A DNA stretch of 64,000 nucleotides from Enoplolaimus lenunculus (GCA_030248215.1 JASANG010003711.1:248001-312000), one strand, 5' to 3'; counted from the first letter of the stretch, positions 23,861-39,400 are shown. Numbers and translations are program-made. The notes: generated by a model from the sequence alone, not told the origin.

Positions 23861-26800
23861 AACCCTACCCTAACACATTGTCTGTGCTCAAGCAACATTG
23901 TTTTATTGTGAACGGCACATAAATACAGAACAAAATCATAGTTTGGATTTGCAGTGTTCCCGTTGCACGCAAGTCACACATTACAAATTATTGACTGTGA
24001 CCGTCGTTTTGCCCGTTGATTTCTAACTTTGAGGGCCATTTTGAATGCTTTTTAATTGAAGAAAAACGTTCTCGAAAAGAGATTATGAACGATTTTGGAC
24101 AATACTGTGAAAATCCTTTTCAAAATTTTCAATTTTAACCGTATTCTCATGACCTAATTTTGCTACAGTTCCGGCTCCGACATAATTTCTTGATCTCTGG
24201 TTCACGGTTTTTCACCTCCGGTTGCACAATGCTTAAAAATAGTGTTCCCTGAACAGTTTAAACGGGTGCTATGACATTACGAATTATTAATATGTATATA
24301 CAATATCATTCATATCCATGCAAAATATGATTTATAGGTAAACATGTGTTTATAACCTTCATCTACCGTGTGAATTCTGCTATGATTGTTGTCATTCTAG
24401 TTTTCTAAATACATGGACAAGATATCTGTATTCTCACTTAAGTATTTACTCACTTATATATTATACTGAAGTAATTACTTAAGTTGCCGGCTTAAGTAAA
24501 TACTTGAATTTTCGAGGAAAACAAAATAAATGTCAAATGTCAGTCATTGTCGTAACAAGAGAGTAATAGTTTTGTTTTATATTACGGAGGCACCGTGAGT
24601 CTACAATTTCAATTACGCCAAAATGGGTATAGATGAACGGTTAATTTGTAATATATCAAGTTTAGTTAACGACGTAAGTATTTACTTAAGTGCGCTTTTA
24701 AAAACGACAAAATAGTTAAGTAACTATTTAACGCGTACATAAGTACTAGATCGTATTTAAGTAGGGTTTCAGAAACCCAGCCATTATCACCGTAAACATT
24801 ATGAGCAAGATTTGAAACTAAACAGTTGTAAAAATTGAGGAAATTTTATGAAAGTGGTTGCTGAACATTACTGTAAAACAATTTATATCCGTTAAAGCAG
24901 ACCAAAAGGTTACATTTATTATTTGTTGACTAAAAAGGTTAAACTGAAATACGAAGATGCGTATCGAAAGACATAGCTATCGTTTTCGATACACATTTGT
25001 GAAAAAATACCATATGTTGCCAGGGATAGTATGCTATGGAGAAAGAACATATATCTAAACTTTGGGTAGTTATTTCGATAACATGTCCTTTCAGTGCTAT
25101 TAAATTTTAGGTGCCGTAACGTGTTCGAGTAGAATTAAACGTTCCCGAAATAAAGTTTTGATTACGACTCTGCTTCTGAAACTGTGGCAGGAAGCCAAAA
25201 CAGAAGTTAAGACCTGTTCGACGGAATGCGCACGTCGCGATATCAAAACCCGATTAAAACCCGGAAAGGATTAGACTAAATAAAGTACTTATACTGAAAG
25301 TGAAAACATTTTTAGACCAGCCTCAAAGCTCAAATGATTTTCTAAAATTTTAAATTTTTAATACTTACCCCTCTAAAAGTGAAGGTGTGCAAAATTAAGT
25401 CTAGGTGTGCTGAATGCAGGACTGGTTATAACGGCGAATCAACGCCAATTATACTGGACATGAATTTCGAGGAGTTTTAAACAGGTGTTTGGAATTATTG
25501 TTCCACTGTAAGGTGTGCAAATTAATGTGCAAAATTAAGTTTAAGTGTGCAAGAGCACACTTTTTTTGCACAAAAAAACCCTGCCTCTAAAACTGAGTTT
25601 ATCGTGGATGACTTGCAATTTATGACACAATTAACCAGTATAATACAGCATGCGCTTGAAAATTTATTGCAGTGTAAGCTGTGTATAGTGTAAGCTATGC
25701 GTGTGCACCAATGTGGCTCGCGTAATGAGGCTAAGGAAAATATTTAAAAATGAGTTGGTTCAGGCATAACGCATTAAGGTTGATTTGTATTCTACCATTA
25801 TAAATGAATGTCTAAAATGTTGCAAGCGTAATGTTCGGCACCTTGTGATGTTTGTTATGCTTCGTCCACAATTATTTGCGTGCGCGCTGCGGGATTTTAG
25901 ATCGATCGTAGACGTCAGCGCTCAACGGTGTCTTTCTAATTTCAATATCCCACTTACATAAAACTACTATTTTTTATTTCGAAGCCGTAGATGGTTGCTC
26001 TTCGTAACTCAAGGCATTGGCTACAATTGCAGGTAGTTCAAAGCGAGGGGCTTAGTCGGTTGCCGTCATTCATAAATATAGCAGTTGTAGATGCTGAAAT
26101 GTTGCGCCACAGCGTGTACGCAATATATTTTAAATATGCTGCATAAAATGCCTGCCTACAGTGCTTACGAACTATAAACCTGCGGCCGTATTCTCAAATG
26201 TGTGTGGCATCGCAGTTGGTGATAGGTCTTGTAACTTTCGAACCAGCCAATGGTGAAGTATAAAATATTGCAGCAGTTCGTTAGTTTGAAAACCAACTGG
26301 TTATGAGTTCTATATACATTTTAAAATATGGGACCTAAGCCCAGAGTGCAGAGCGGAACTGAGTGATACCGGAATCGGAACAGGAAATTTATACTGGAAT
26401 CGGAACTGTAAATTGTCGGATACCTGTTCCAGAGTGCAAGTTAATCATGCTTCTATTATAATTTTCATGTCATATATTGTAAATGTGAGCTGAGAACTAA
26501 TATAAGCATCAGTTATCATTGTCAACATAAAACTGCAAACAAATTTCTCGCATAATTGCAATAATACAGGTAAGAAACAATGAAGAATTACGATACTGGA
26601 TGCATTTTGATCGGAATTGTAATCGAAATCAGAATTCTGGTTGCGCTTTGCATACCTAATCTTAAACCTAAGTCAAACCATATGCTCTGAACATAAGCTT
26701 AAAGTATTAAAGCCTAAACCTAAAACGTCATACTCTCTAAAGTCCCCCAGTGTTCTGTTTGCCAGTGGGCAGGTCCTGTAAACTCTGAACACTGTATTTG

Positions 26801-27010
26801 TGAGTTTCTTATTATTTTTGCCAAAGATTGATTTTGTATTGTTTTTGGTTGTTTTTATAAACGTTTTCATTAAAATGTGATTGAGTTTTGAATTAATTCA
26901 GAGCAGTATCGACTGTGTACAAGCAGGTGCTTATTTCAGGCTGAAATGTTCGCGAAATAGCGTTGCTTTTTTGTTCAACGTGCAGCAGACAATACAATAC
27001 AATCGGGAAC

Positions 27011-27847
27011 TGGACCCATGTTACTTTCAGGGGCGTCCCGTTTCCCAGCGGGACAGCAAGGGGTATGGTCCCCCCCAAACTCCAGGGTGGGGGAACTGGA
27101 ACTCGCGAGCTAAACGAGCGTGATGTAGCAAGATCGTTTGGTGCGGGGGTGCTTGGGAGCGGCTGGCAGCAACCCCTTATTTTGCTTAGTGCCTTTCGAA
27201 GTGCGGGAGGTGCAGGGGGCGGCAGTCCCCCTGATAAACTAAATCTCAACAATAAATATTTCTGTCCCGTTTACTGGTTTCCTGTGAAAACATTAGCTCC
27301 CCCATTTTCCCGTTTCCCGAAGAAAGCACACTCTTGCTGGGACGTCCACACTGGAGGCATTGAGGTTTCGAAACTAACCTTTCCCGTTTTCCCGTTTCCC
27401 AGCGAAAAATTGCAGCTGTCCCGTTTTCCCATTTGCCCGAAACAGGCCTGTTCCATTGTCCTGTTTTCTCAGTTAAATTTGCAGCTGTGTCTTTTTTTCC
27501 ATTTGCCCGAACATACGTGTCTCGTTTTCTCGTTTTCCTACCGGGAAACTGCTGCGGTCTGGTTTCTCATTTGCCCCAAACAAAGCTGTTCAGTATTCTG
27601 TGTTCATATAGAAAACTTGCAGCCGTCCCATTTTCCCATTTGCTCGAAACATGCATGTCCTATTATCCCGTTTTCCTAGCGAAAAATTGCAGCTGTCCCA
27701 ATTTCTTATTTATCCGAAACAAGGCCGTCCTATTTTTTCATCTGATCGTAATGCTTTCGGCAGAAGTATATGAATTTGCCCCGATTACACTACTGTGTCT
27801 TGCTGTCCCGCGGGAACACGGCCCGACCCTAAAAGTAACATTGGCCA
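27011..27847. mobile_element. Putative TIR element with internal degenerate GTCCC/TTTCCC repeats
   Basis: Left GGACCCATGTTACTTTCAGGGG..CAGCGGGACAGCAAG is mirrored imperfectly by CTTGCTGTCCCGCGGG..CCCTAAAAGTAACATTGGCC; internal units of about 60 bp. Confidence 0.6.
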
Positions 27848-30487
27848 GGAACTGTCTGTTTTCATCTAGATTTCGGCCTATGTAGAGGCGGAACGTTTTT
27901 CTGCGGAACTGCAATAGAGTAAACTTAAACTTTCGACTAATTTTTTGCTTAGGTTTAGGCTTAAATATTTAGCTCATTCTTACGCTTAGGCTTAAGTAAG
28001 CTTTTATCTTACTTTTAAGGATCTGTTCTATACATCGCCTAATGTTTTTGTAACTATTGATAGACCAAAAACAAAGCGGGAAAGTGAAACCACTATGTGT
28101 TTTCACTGGCAAAATGGGATAGGCTTGTTTCGAACAAAGGACGAGACAGGACAGCTACATATTTCGTAGGGAAGACATCCCTAAAAGTGACGTGGGCCAT
28201 AACTAGAACCTTTTAAGCTAAGTATAAGTATTGATAAATCTAACCAATTGCGTTGCAAAACTGCCTTACTGAAACGGCAACGTTATTGTAAAACGCATGC
28301 ACTTGCATGATTATACTTGAGTTTTGCACTGGTGTGCATAGGCAATGAAAAATGTTTTAACAGCTTCTTTAACTGTGTATAATGCGTGTTTACGTGCGAA
28401 AATTTAGTGAATGTTTCCATGATTTTTTTTAATATATAATTTACATATTTCATTATTTTTGGCTTAGGTCGTGGATGCTGTATATCCGTCTTAAAAGAAG
28501 TCAACTCAGTAATCCAATTTCGCTAAGGGTAGTGTTGATTTCGGTCTATTAAAACGAAGTTTACCGGAGCCGAAGCTGAAACTGGAACCAAAGTACAGAG
28601 ATGAAGCTAAATTAACTAATAAAAATAATGTTGAATTTGGTAAACAATAATCTGTAAGGAGTTGACAAAAGTTTTTTACACTTCACTTTTGAGAAACCTT
28701 TTTGAGACGGCCTCGGGGCCGCCTCTTTTAAAATTAGTTTAATTTCCGGGTATTTAATTTACAATGCCTTTTTCTTGAATATCTGAGCCAATGTTACTTT
28801 TAACGGCTTAACAGAATATTAGGCGTATTCCTAAGCCTAAGCCTAAGCCTAAGCGTTGCAAAATGTGTTCCTAAGCCTAAGCTGCATTATAGGCAACACA
28901 TTATAGTGAACACTGCGTCGTTTATTTTAATACACCAATTATTTATATTTTGGTAGGTACCCTTTGGGGCAGTGGGTTAGCTGTTCAATTTGCTACCATG
29001 TAGTATGAGTTCGAGTCTCGCTTGCAGCTTTGATACTTTATTGTTTTTTGGACTTGAATTCAATAATATTCAAGTTAAAAGAACGGCGACAATATTTTAA
29101 GAATCAAAATTTTTTATTTTAAATTAATCAAAAAATCAGGTTTATTTGTTCTTAAATCTGTAAAAACGTCTATTTTATTGATTTTGTGCAGAGCGAAGTT
29201 AACGAGAGGCTACTGAGTAATGACGTATCGGGTGTATTGAAAGTGTTACACCCTTTTAGCACTAGTCAACCAGATTTGTTTGCAATATCGGCCTAATCCG
29301 GCTTATTACGCCTAGGAATTTTAAATCTGTAACTACACTGAAAGTGTCATCTGATCGGAGTTTCTGCTTCCGTTAAATGCAAATCATGGTATAACTAATT
29401 CATACATGACATGCGTAGTGCCGTGTTTAATGTGTTGTAAGGGCTCCAAAATCCTAGCCCCCACCAAGGTTAATAAGCTTTCTCGCCGCCCATGTTTTTA
29501 AGTCCTTCGTCACGGTCCCGGCTAGGTTATCCGATATCCCAGCTGTGAAACAGAGCAATTTGTAAAGTATCAACCAGTGCTGCAGAGTAATCAAAAATCG
29601 AATACACTTACGCGGGAACGCAATACATAATGGCAGAAGAAAACTGGCGAACGAAGCCAAATGAGCGTAAATGAAGCAATGCTTACCTTGAATCGCATCG
29701 AAGGAGCTAAATTTTTTCAAATTTAGCTCGTTGGATTTGGGTGAACCCAATAGATGCCCAACCGTCATTTGGAGTAGGGAGGCGGCAGCGGCATCACTTT
29801 CCTTCCTGACGTGCTGACTGAAAAAATAACTAGTTCTTCGTAAAACAGCTTCGTTTTGTACCTTTTTAAGCAAACGTGTCATAGTGCGGGCAGTAACGGG
29901 TCGGCCTAGTGAAACATTGCACGTAGTGACGTGAGGGTCACACTGTCTGCCCTTAAGAAAGTAGAAACCAGGCTTATTTTCTGCGTTAAATCCGATATTA
30001 AAATATTGTAATAGACCCTTGGGTGTGATGTGCCCCATTTGGCGATCTCTGGGCGATAAGCACGACACTGAAAGATATGGACCCCGCCTCTGCGACCGTT
30101 TCAGGGGCTGCTTGTTAAAATTGCACCAAAACTAACCGCTGAAGGTCAACTTTGGATAAAAATATGAAAAATTATGTATACTGTAATAACCCGAATAAGA
30201 CATAGCCCCAAATTTTTACTGTACCCGGCTGCGATAACTGCATTAAGACTTCTCAAGTATTTTTACAAACGACGTGTCGTTGTTCATGAAGTTTGTTCCT
30301 AACTTAGACAAATTTTAGCTTTTTAAACGCCGAGATTTCATTATTAAAAACAGACATAAAACTAATTTTTGACATTATATTACAGTGTAACTGTGGTCGT
30401 TTTGGTGATCAATTTGAAAGTTTGGCCGTTTATTGCTACTTCGTCAACTTTAAGTACTAGTGAGGTGGTGTTAAACTAGAAATCACA

Positions 30488-33400
30488 ATGGACACTTCAA
30501 CAACAATGCCTACCGCAACTGCGGGATTTAGATGGTCCGACGTGAATGAACCTCATGCCGAACGAAGGAAACAAATTTTAAGTAAGCATCAATTATACGT
30601 GAACTAAATCATTTCCGCGTGTTTGGTTAGGGGATGTGGCCACAGCAACGGGTGAGACATATATAGTTTGTGGGCAAATAAGTTTCTCTCAGTTAACACA
30701 TATTTGTTTACTTTACGAACTAAAGTTGACATGCCATTAAAAGGTCAAATCACCTTGGTCTCCTATTTAGCTACGAACTTGTTTAGCAATAGGTGTGTAT
30801 TGCTTCAGTGTGTAGTCGTCCGGTTGTACTCTGCTATTAATGAATATGGATGGTTGTTTCCATTTGTGTTTGACTGAATTACAGAGCAGCATCCAGAGCT
30901 TCGACAATTGTTTGTTCGTGATCCGGCGTTTGTGTGGGTGTCGACTGCAATTACAACTACTATGATAGTTATCGGATACTTACTTCAAGGTATACAGTCC
31001 CGTCTCTAAGACATCAAGTAAAAAGTTTTCCGCCTAACAGAGTATCAAGTTTTTACCCTCGCCCCGATGATTTCTAGTACTCAAATGATCATGGTATGCA
31101 ATGAGACCTCCTGAAATTCCAATTTGTTTTCATTGGTGTCCGCCAGCCGTTGTCTGACCAAAATGGTCAGATTTTGAAAGTTTTTTGGCATATTTATGCT
31201 TCTCGTGATCTCTAATTGTTTCACATCAAAATTCGACTTTTTTTGCAAATTCGATTTTTATTCGGCCTCAATGAGTCAATGGCCCTGGATATAAACATTT
31301 TTTTGGTCAAAAAGTTAGACAGTACAAATAATTTGGTCTCAATTTGGCGACCTAAGTCGAATGGTGTTAGTTTTGGCCGCAGTGTGAGCATTAGTACACA
31401 AGTTAAACGGTTAAATAATTGTTTTATCCCTTTGCCAATGGTTTGGAAATGCGCGCAAATTTATATATAACATTATTCGTGCCTTGACTGGACTCTTAAA
31501 AATCGAAAAAATCAAATTTTTGTGTGAACTGGTCAGGAGAAGTTAATGAGAAACTCAAATATGCAAAAATTCTTGCAATACGATTGTTAAACGAAAAAGA
31601 ACCAAAATTTCAGCATTGTCCTGTCGCACACCATTTCCCTTTGAATATACTAGAAACCACCTCTAGGAGTACACGCCATTGCTTAATACCTTTAGATTAC
31701 TCAAGTCACTACTTAAGTAAATATATACTTAGCTTTGTAATGCAAAAACAAATAAAAGCCAAATGTGAGCCATTGTCATAACAACAAAGTGATAGTTTTG
31801 TTTTATATTTAAGAGTTATGCATCATTCAGGTTATACTGCGCTCGCCAATGTCAAATAATGTCCCACCATTTGAATAGCTAGCTAATTTGGGAACACTCT
31901 CTAAAAATAGTGTCCAAACTATTAGCTAGCTATACGAATGACCTACAAAACAAAGCGACCTGGCAAAAATAGTGTTTTAAAAATACCACCCTTTTAAAAT
32001 ACAGTGGATATTGTACGTCCAATGGTTAGAAACGGCAGAGTTTAAAATTTCTTATAATTTTTCAAATTTTGTCCCGGAAACTCAAATTTTGGCGGGAAAA
32101 TTCAAATTTTTGCGGTAAAATTCAATTTTTCTCGGGAAAACTTAAATTTTGGCGGGAAATTCAAATTTTGGCGGGAAAATTCAAATTTTTTGGGAAAAGT
32201 TAAATTTTGTTGGAAAATTCAAGTTTTGGCGGGAAAATTTAAATTTTGGCGGGAAAATTTAAATTTTGGCGCGAAATTCAAATTTTGGCGCGAAAAGTTA
32301 AATTTTGGTGGAAAATTCAAATTTTGGTGGGAAAATTTAAATTTTGGAGGGAAAACTTAAATTTTAGCGCGAAATTCAAATTTTGGCGCGAAATTCAAAT
32401 TTTGGTATGAAATTCAAATTTTGGCGGGAAAATTCAAATTTTGGCGGGAAACTTCAAAATTTAGCTTGAAAATTCAAATTTTGCCGATAAAACTCAAATT
32501 TTTCCGAAAAATTTCAAAATTTATGGTGCAAGAAATAACACATGGTCAAAATACCCTGCCATTTTCCGAACATGTCCTAAGAATAGACTGCAAAGAAACG
32601 ACATACTAGCTAAATAGTGTGAAAATAATTACTTGGTGCAAGAAATAGCTGTAATTTTATTGCTACTTTATAATAATGACGTGGACATTTTTTAACATTG
32701 GCGAGCGCAGCATAACCTGGATGGTGCATTATCATGAGTTTGCAATTTCATTGGCCAAGGTTAGTATGCTTGAACTGTTAATCTGTAATATATCAAAATT
32801 AGTCAGCAACTTATATAAGTATTTACTTAACATAAGTAAACTTTTAAAAACGCAAAGATTGTTAAGTTACATTACCACGTAGTTACGAACTACGTCGTAC
32901 TTAAATTGGATTTCAGGAACCCAGCCATTATGGACTAATTAGTAGTTTTGGACACTGTATTCATTTACGGATTCTAATTTAGAAACATATGGACTCTGTA
33001 TTCATTGACTGACTCAATTTAGGAAAACAGACTCCTTTTTACTCAGATTCAACATAGGAATCAGGGACTCTAAAATATTACCACCGTTTTATACGAGCAC
33101 TACTGAAGACTGGTAAAATGGTTGTTAACGGACAGACACTGCAGACAGGGTGCTGGCATGATCGCTGTTAAGGAGGTCCGCATCACAATTAACGTTCTCA
33201 GATCAACATCAGATCAGAGCATAGTTTCTTAGTTGTCGAAAAGGCTTTAACTATATGCTATTCTAAATATCTTTTCAACGCCTACGTTTTGCCTAACAGC
33301 ACTTTAGCAGTTAATTTACCACGGATGCCCTTTGCAACGTATAGTTAATGACATTGTATGGAGTTGGTATAACCTATGGTTTCCAGATCTAAAGAAAAAA

Positions 33401-36400
33401 TTGCAAAAAATATGGCTAAATTTTATACCAGTAGTATCACATTCATTATTTCCCTCCTTGTGCGACGAAACAATGTTTTCTCTTTGTTGAAAGCCGTTTT
33501 ACTATCTCTGTGTGATGAAACAAAGTGTTCCCTTAGATCAAGGGCGGCAGAAAGTCGCCTTGATTCGGATTTTCACCTGCACCAACCAGTGGCGGATTCA
33601 TGGGGGGGCCACCCCGGCCGTGGCCCCCCAACAGCATCTCGACAAAAATTATATAGAGTGTCAATTGCTGTTCTACGAAATAAATTGAAATCCATAACCG
33701 CTAATGCTAAAACATTTTCCGACAATAGCAGGCAGTTCCAACTCGTTCAAAACAGAAACGTATATTGCTGAAGCTGACTGGATTTTGCTTTTTCAAAACT
33801 GAATTGGCTTCCGAATCCGAGCCTTTAAATAATTGAACGAACGTAAGGAAGTCAATTTTATGGCAATAGTTCGTGGTTTGTGTGTGGGTCAAAAATAGTT
33901 TTATTACCTGTGAAATTTTGGCCCCCCCATTTTGAGATCCTGGATCCGCCACTGGCACCAACGTAATTGCTTTCGCTGACGCTGCCGACTTAACAAATCG
34001 ATCGACGTGTCAACTTACATATTTATAAATTATTTTTCTATTTAAAGTCTGAAAATGACTAAGCCGAGGTTGATTTAAGCCGCGCGTTACTAAATTTTAA
34101 AAAATTGAGTTTATACTGAGATAACATTTTACAGTTAAAAATTTGGTCCTATTATAGAACAGGGCCGGAGCAGTAGTATAAGCATTTTCCTCAGCCTAAG
34201 TCTAAGCCTAAGTCTAGCGTATGGATGAACATATTCTTAAGCCTGAACCTAAGCAAAAAATAGTCTAAAGCTTAAACTGACTCTATTCTTGCCCCTCCGA
34301 AAAACGATCCGGCCATGTTCTATACATGGGCCAAAATTTGTAATATTTTCGAATTGAACTTTTGTCAACTCCATTAACAAGATACGGTGAAAGAGATATA
34401 AAGTAAACGCATCAATTTCAGAAGCCGATTGGCCGCTGGTATTGATGTTGGGATATATTTACGGTGGAATGGTTGGAAATCAAGTTGTACTAATGGTCCA
34501 TGATGCTAATCACAACCAAGCGTTTGGCGTCAATCATGTGCTCCTTGTGAGTAGTTTTTGAAATTTAATTATAGCATTTAAGTTTGCTTTACGTATCGAA
34601 ATATTGTCCAATGCTTAGAACAGGGTCGTTACAGTAGTATAAGCATATTGCAAAGGCTAAGCCTAAGCATAAGCGTACGAATGAGCTTAAACCTACTTAA
34701 GCGTAAGGAAAAAATTAGCCTAAAGCTTAAGCATACTCTGTTGCAGTCTCACACAGAAAAACTTTCCGCCCCTGATGTTTACATGGACCGAAACGTTTAA
34801 GCTTTTTAACTGAACGATCTGTGGTTGATTAGTGGCCCAATTCAATATAGTACTGCACAAATTATTACGTTGGCTTTTAGTATTGCAAATTTCTTTGGTG
34901 TTGTTATTCACGGCAAACTTAAGGTGAAGATTTGTTCGTTGATGAAATGCCTCTGTATGTATTCGGCATAATTTTCGCTCCTTGCACACTTATCTCAACT
35001 ATGCTGGATGGTTAATGCGTAGACAAAGGCTAAGACAATAGATTATTCCTTGACATAAGTAGCATTGTTCTAAACCAAAACGTAGGTAAATGTGGGGGGA
35101 AGTGTACACAAGAGCTCAATATTCGTTAGACTTGATTTTTAACGTTTACACAGATGCAAAAAATAATGGCTGAAGACTGTACTGCATGGACAGAAATGGT
35201 TTGTTTATGACTCTAGTATACGACAGCATCCTTTGCCATCATGAGAAATAGTGTTGCGCATTGGGATTACGATAAATTATGAAAAGAGTCTATATTGACA
35301 TATTTCAGAACCGCTTGCATGAAATGTTTATTAATATGCCGTTTTTGACGCCATTCGCAACAAACAATGCTCTTACACACCATTTTCATCATATGTATTT
35401 AGGTATGACATGGATAGATAATTTTGACAATTTAACAAAATACGATAAAATTGGTCTGGTTTTGTGCCAATCTCGGCTGTTGTATATTTGCCCCATATTT
35501 ATACAATTAAGCTTTTTATGGTTAGGCTTAAGTTTAGGCAAGGGGTTCCGTAAACGTAAATTTATACTTAAAAATACTTACTAATTGAAAAGCTTTTCAT
35601 TAACCCTTTCTCACATGAATATGTTCAGTTTAATATGAGATGTATATAATTTCAAGGCAAGATGCGATCCCCAGTCTCTCGGATGGGTGGCGTTTACGAT
35701 GACCGCAACTTTAAGTGCCGGCACTTAAAACATAAAATTCCGGTTTAATGTTTTGCATTTCAATTGGTCACATTGCGGTCTTAAAGCAAACAATTTATCA
35801 TTCGTTTGTTGTAAATAAACTTATTGTAAGTTTCGAATTTAACTAAAGTTTAGTTATAAATTTAAATATTTTAGGTCAAAAACACATGGACCCGGACGTA
35901 CCCTTAGAGTTTGAAGGCCGGTTGTTCAACACACCACTAACAAAGTTACTTTGGTACGCCTTACTGCCGTGGTTGAACGTTGTTCGCATCGTCGATAAAG
36001 TCAAACACCAATCGAAAGTTACCAAGCGGGTATGTTTAAAGATTACGAATCTACGACAATTTGTCGCCCGACAGCTTACCGCCCAACAATGTCGTAAAGC
36101 CTATGAGCAAAATCTAAGCATAACCCTAAGCGTAATGCTAAGCCTAAGCGTAAGCATAATGCTTTCCGACGAATTGCGGAGTTGATGAAATTTCGAATTA
36201 CAAGTTGTCGGTCGGCGAGTTATCGGTCGACGAATTCTCCTGATACCGATATTATAGTGAGCACGGGCACCGGAAGCATTTGAGGAGTAATGGTTTCTAG
36301 CAGATTTAGAAAACATATTACATTCAGTTACTTATACCAAAGCAATGAGTTCTTGACTCGCTCGATATCTGAAAAAATTGTGACGTATGGAGAATGGAGA

Positions 36401-39400
36401 CAAGTTCCTTCCCACACTTTGTCCGATCATCCGGCGGAACCTGGACCAAATACCCCACCTGTTCTAATTGCTTTGGTGCCGCACTTGATAAATGTAACTA
36501 AAAAATTATGCAGAAAAGTGTGTGCTATCTAGCAACGATTTTAGATAAAAAACGACAATGTGCAGCATACGACCGGAGCTGAAAAATAACTTATATCAAT
36601 TAGTGCTGCCGAATATTGAAAAATTTTGCGGAGACCGGAAATTGCTGAATAATGGTACTGTATCTGCTATAGTCAATGAACAATAAATGCTGTTCTAAAA
36701 ACGTTTAACGTTTTTGCACAATTGTTTTTAAAACATTACCAGTTTGTCGAAACCTAAAACAGATACGCTCGAGATGTAAGCCCCTTGAAATTTGTAGGAG
36801 TGCGTTAAAACTGGGCACATAACCTTTGCGATATATGAAATCATGATTAGATCGCTGTCCGGCGTATGGCTGTTCTCGGACCGAGTTGTACATTGTTTCA
36901 GGCATTAATTGACCTTGAATACATGAATATTGCAGTTTGTGCAACATTTTTCATGTACATTTGTTCGTATTGGACATTGAAATCTGTTGTGTTTTTTATG
37001 TTGATTCCGTACTTTGGCACCAGTCCGTTTCATCCGTCTTCATATCACTATATATCAGATCATTATCAGTTTGATACAAGAACGGTATGTTAGAAGACCC
37101 TACTATGCTAGCTGCGTTTTGTTATGACCCGGATAAGAGACTGACTGATATTTATTTGGCCTCTCCAGATGGTATCCATTGATATTCAGTTACGGTCTGT
37201 TATTTATTTTTAACTCGTCCTTCGCCCTTCGGTATTGATATATTTGGTATTGCAATTATCCGTTGAATTAAACGTTTGTCTTGTATCAAAACCTTGAGCG
37301 ATAATGCAAGATTATACTTAAGAATGTACTTTCGAAACTTAAGTACGCTTTGAGGTTTCGAACTCAAATGTATCTGGTGTTGGAGTCATTTATGCATTAC
37401 AGTTTGGGGTTTTTAACATTTATGGACCATAATTAGGGTGTAGGGGCTCTATTCGCTTGAGGACTTTTGTTAGGAATGCGGGCTCCTATTGATTGGGACT
37501 CAAAATAGGGACGCCGTTCTTATTACCGCTTCTCATTCGGGTCATTACAGTACGCGAAATAATACACAATGCCTTTTGTTCATAAATGATTAAGCTTTTG
37601 CAAGCTCTTTTATGGGTCATCCAAGTTAGAATGCACGCACATTTGTAAAAAAATGTCCCTCCCTTTTGGGTGCCCACGTTGTCCATACCCACTCTCTTTA
37701 TACAGTGTCTGAGATATCAATATGTCATTGTCTGAACCTATAGACAATGAATATGCTCTAGGCATAAATATTTACTTGTCTTGACATCATTATCGGGAAC
37801 TGTCATTGTCCATAGTCCCTCGGAAGGGACTCAATTTTTTGCGTTAAATGATGCGTGCGTAATATGTGTGCACAGCGTGTGTTTTTAAATGTGTGCTCGT
37901 GCACTAAGGTAATGTCCTGACATCCTGCAGACAGCATGTATTTATCCAGAGTCCCTTCCGACAGAGTCTAAACAATTAACACTATCTAAGTACAGCTATG
38001 AAACTGTACCTTGCCTCCAGCTAGGATGTGCATTTTGATGTTGTTCCAAATGGAGTGGGTGGAACATTTATTACATCGGCGCGTGCATTTTAACGTGGAT
38101 GACCCATTATAGTCGAGCGCTAAAAGCGCATTTCATCATTAAGGCTGGAGTACAGGTCTCAGCTTGAAATGGATCTCATATGGAATGAAACATACATATT
38201 CATGTCAAAGCTTACACATCAGCCGACTAATCAACAGAACAGATGCAACATAAACGAGTTTTTTAAAATATAAATAATACAAATCGAGGCCTATGTAAAG
38301 AACATGGCCCGAACAGTAGTATATTAAGCAGATTACTAAGCCTAATCCTAAGCCTTTGCGTTAGGATGAGCCTTTTCCTAAGCATAAGTATAAGCCTAAG
38401 CCTAAGCAAAAAAGTTCGTCTAAAGCTTAAACTGACTCTATTACAGCACCGCCGGAAAACGATCCGACCCTGTTCTATACATCGGCCCAAACTGTTACAG
38501 CAACCCAATGAGGTCATTTGATCAAGATATTCAACGTTTAAATGTTGCACAGTCGGCTGCCCATGTTTCTTTATGGGGCATCTGGGTTTCTGGTGGGTCC
38601 ATAAAAAGTAGGTTTAGATTCTAGATTATATTTTTTTGCTATGCTTAGGCTTATTAAGACATTTTTGCAACGCTTACGCTTAGGCTTAGGCTTATACGCT
38701 TTAATCTACTGTTTCGCCCCTTAAAAGTAACATTGGCCGTCTCGTACGTGAGTAACTCACTCAATTATACCTCGTCGGCAACCCTAAATCGTCACGTTTC
38801 AGGAGCTTTATTCGTACTACGGATTGTTGAATTACATTACGTTCAATATTGGTTATCATGTCGAACATCATGATTTGCCGCAAGTGCCATGTGGATATTT
38901 ACCTTTGGTAAGTTTATTAGATCTCATTTTATTTGTGACAGGAGCATTTAGCTTGTGTTGATGTTTTTAAAAACATTGAGCTTATTTGGACATTCAAAGA
39001 GCCTTCAAAATATGATATATATTTTCAACATCAGGGCCGTATTTTGAAAAAATCTTCGTGATGATAAGCTGCTTTTATATGCTATTCAGCTTCGTGAACT
39101 TCAGCGCAGTCTGATTTGTATTAATATTTAGGTACGAAAAACGGCGCCTGAATTCTACACAAATATCGGAATACATAAGTCAGCGTTGGGTTGCGTTTGG
39201 AATTTTGTGTTCAACAGTTCAATGTCTCCATACTGCCGCGTGTTGCGAACAATGACTCGCTTACCACTGCCTAAGTTAAAACATGCATTGCCGAAGCTAT
39301 ATTTCGAAGTAAACGGGTTGTTAGCGAATGCAAACTTGGGCCCTCGACTTATAGCTAAGAGCGCCCGGTCAGGTTCAATAGATCAAACACGGAGTGACAA

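Noticed and set aside
23273..23861. Duplicated 75-78-aa minus-strand ORFs
   Set aside because: Antisense reading of the two identical LTRs; no protein features.
26963..27885. 238-aa and 150-aa ORFs
   Set aside because: They lie within a repeat-rich TIR element, with low-complexity F/P/C/S composition and no domain.
28955..29010. tRNA gene
   Set aside because: Only A-box-like and B-box-like remnants (GGGGCAGTGG, GAGTTCGAGTCTC); no cloverleaf.
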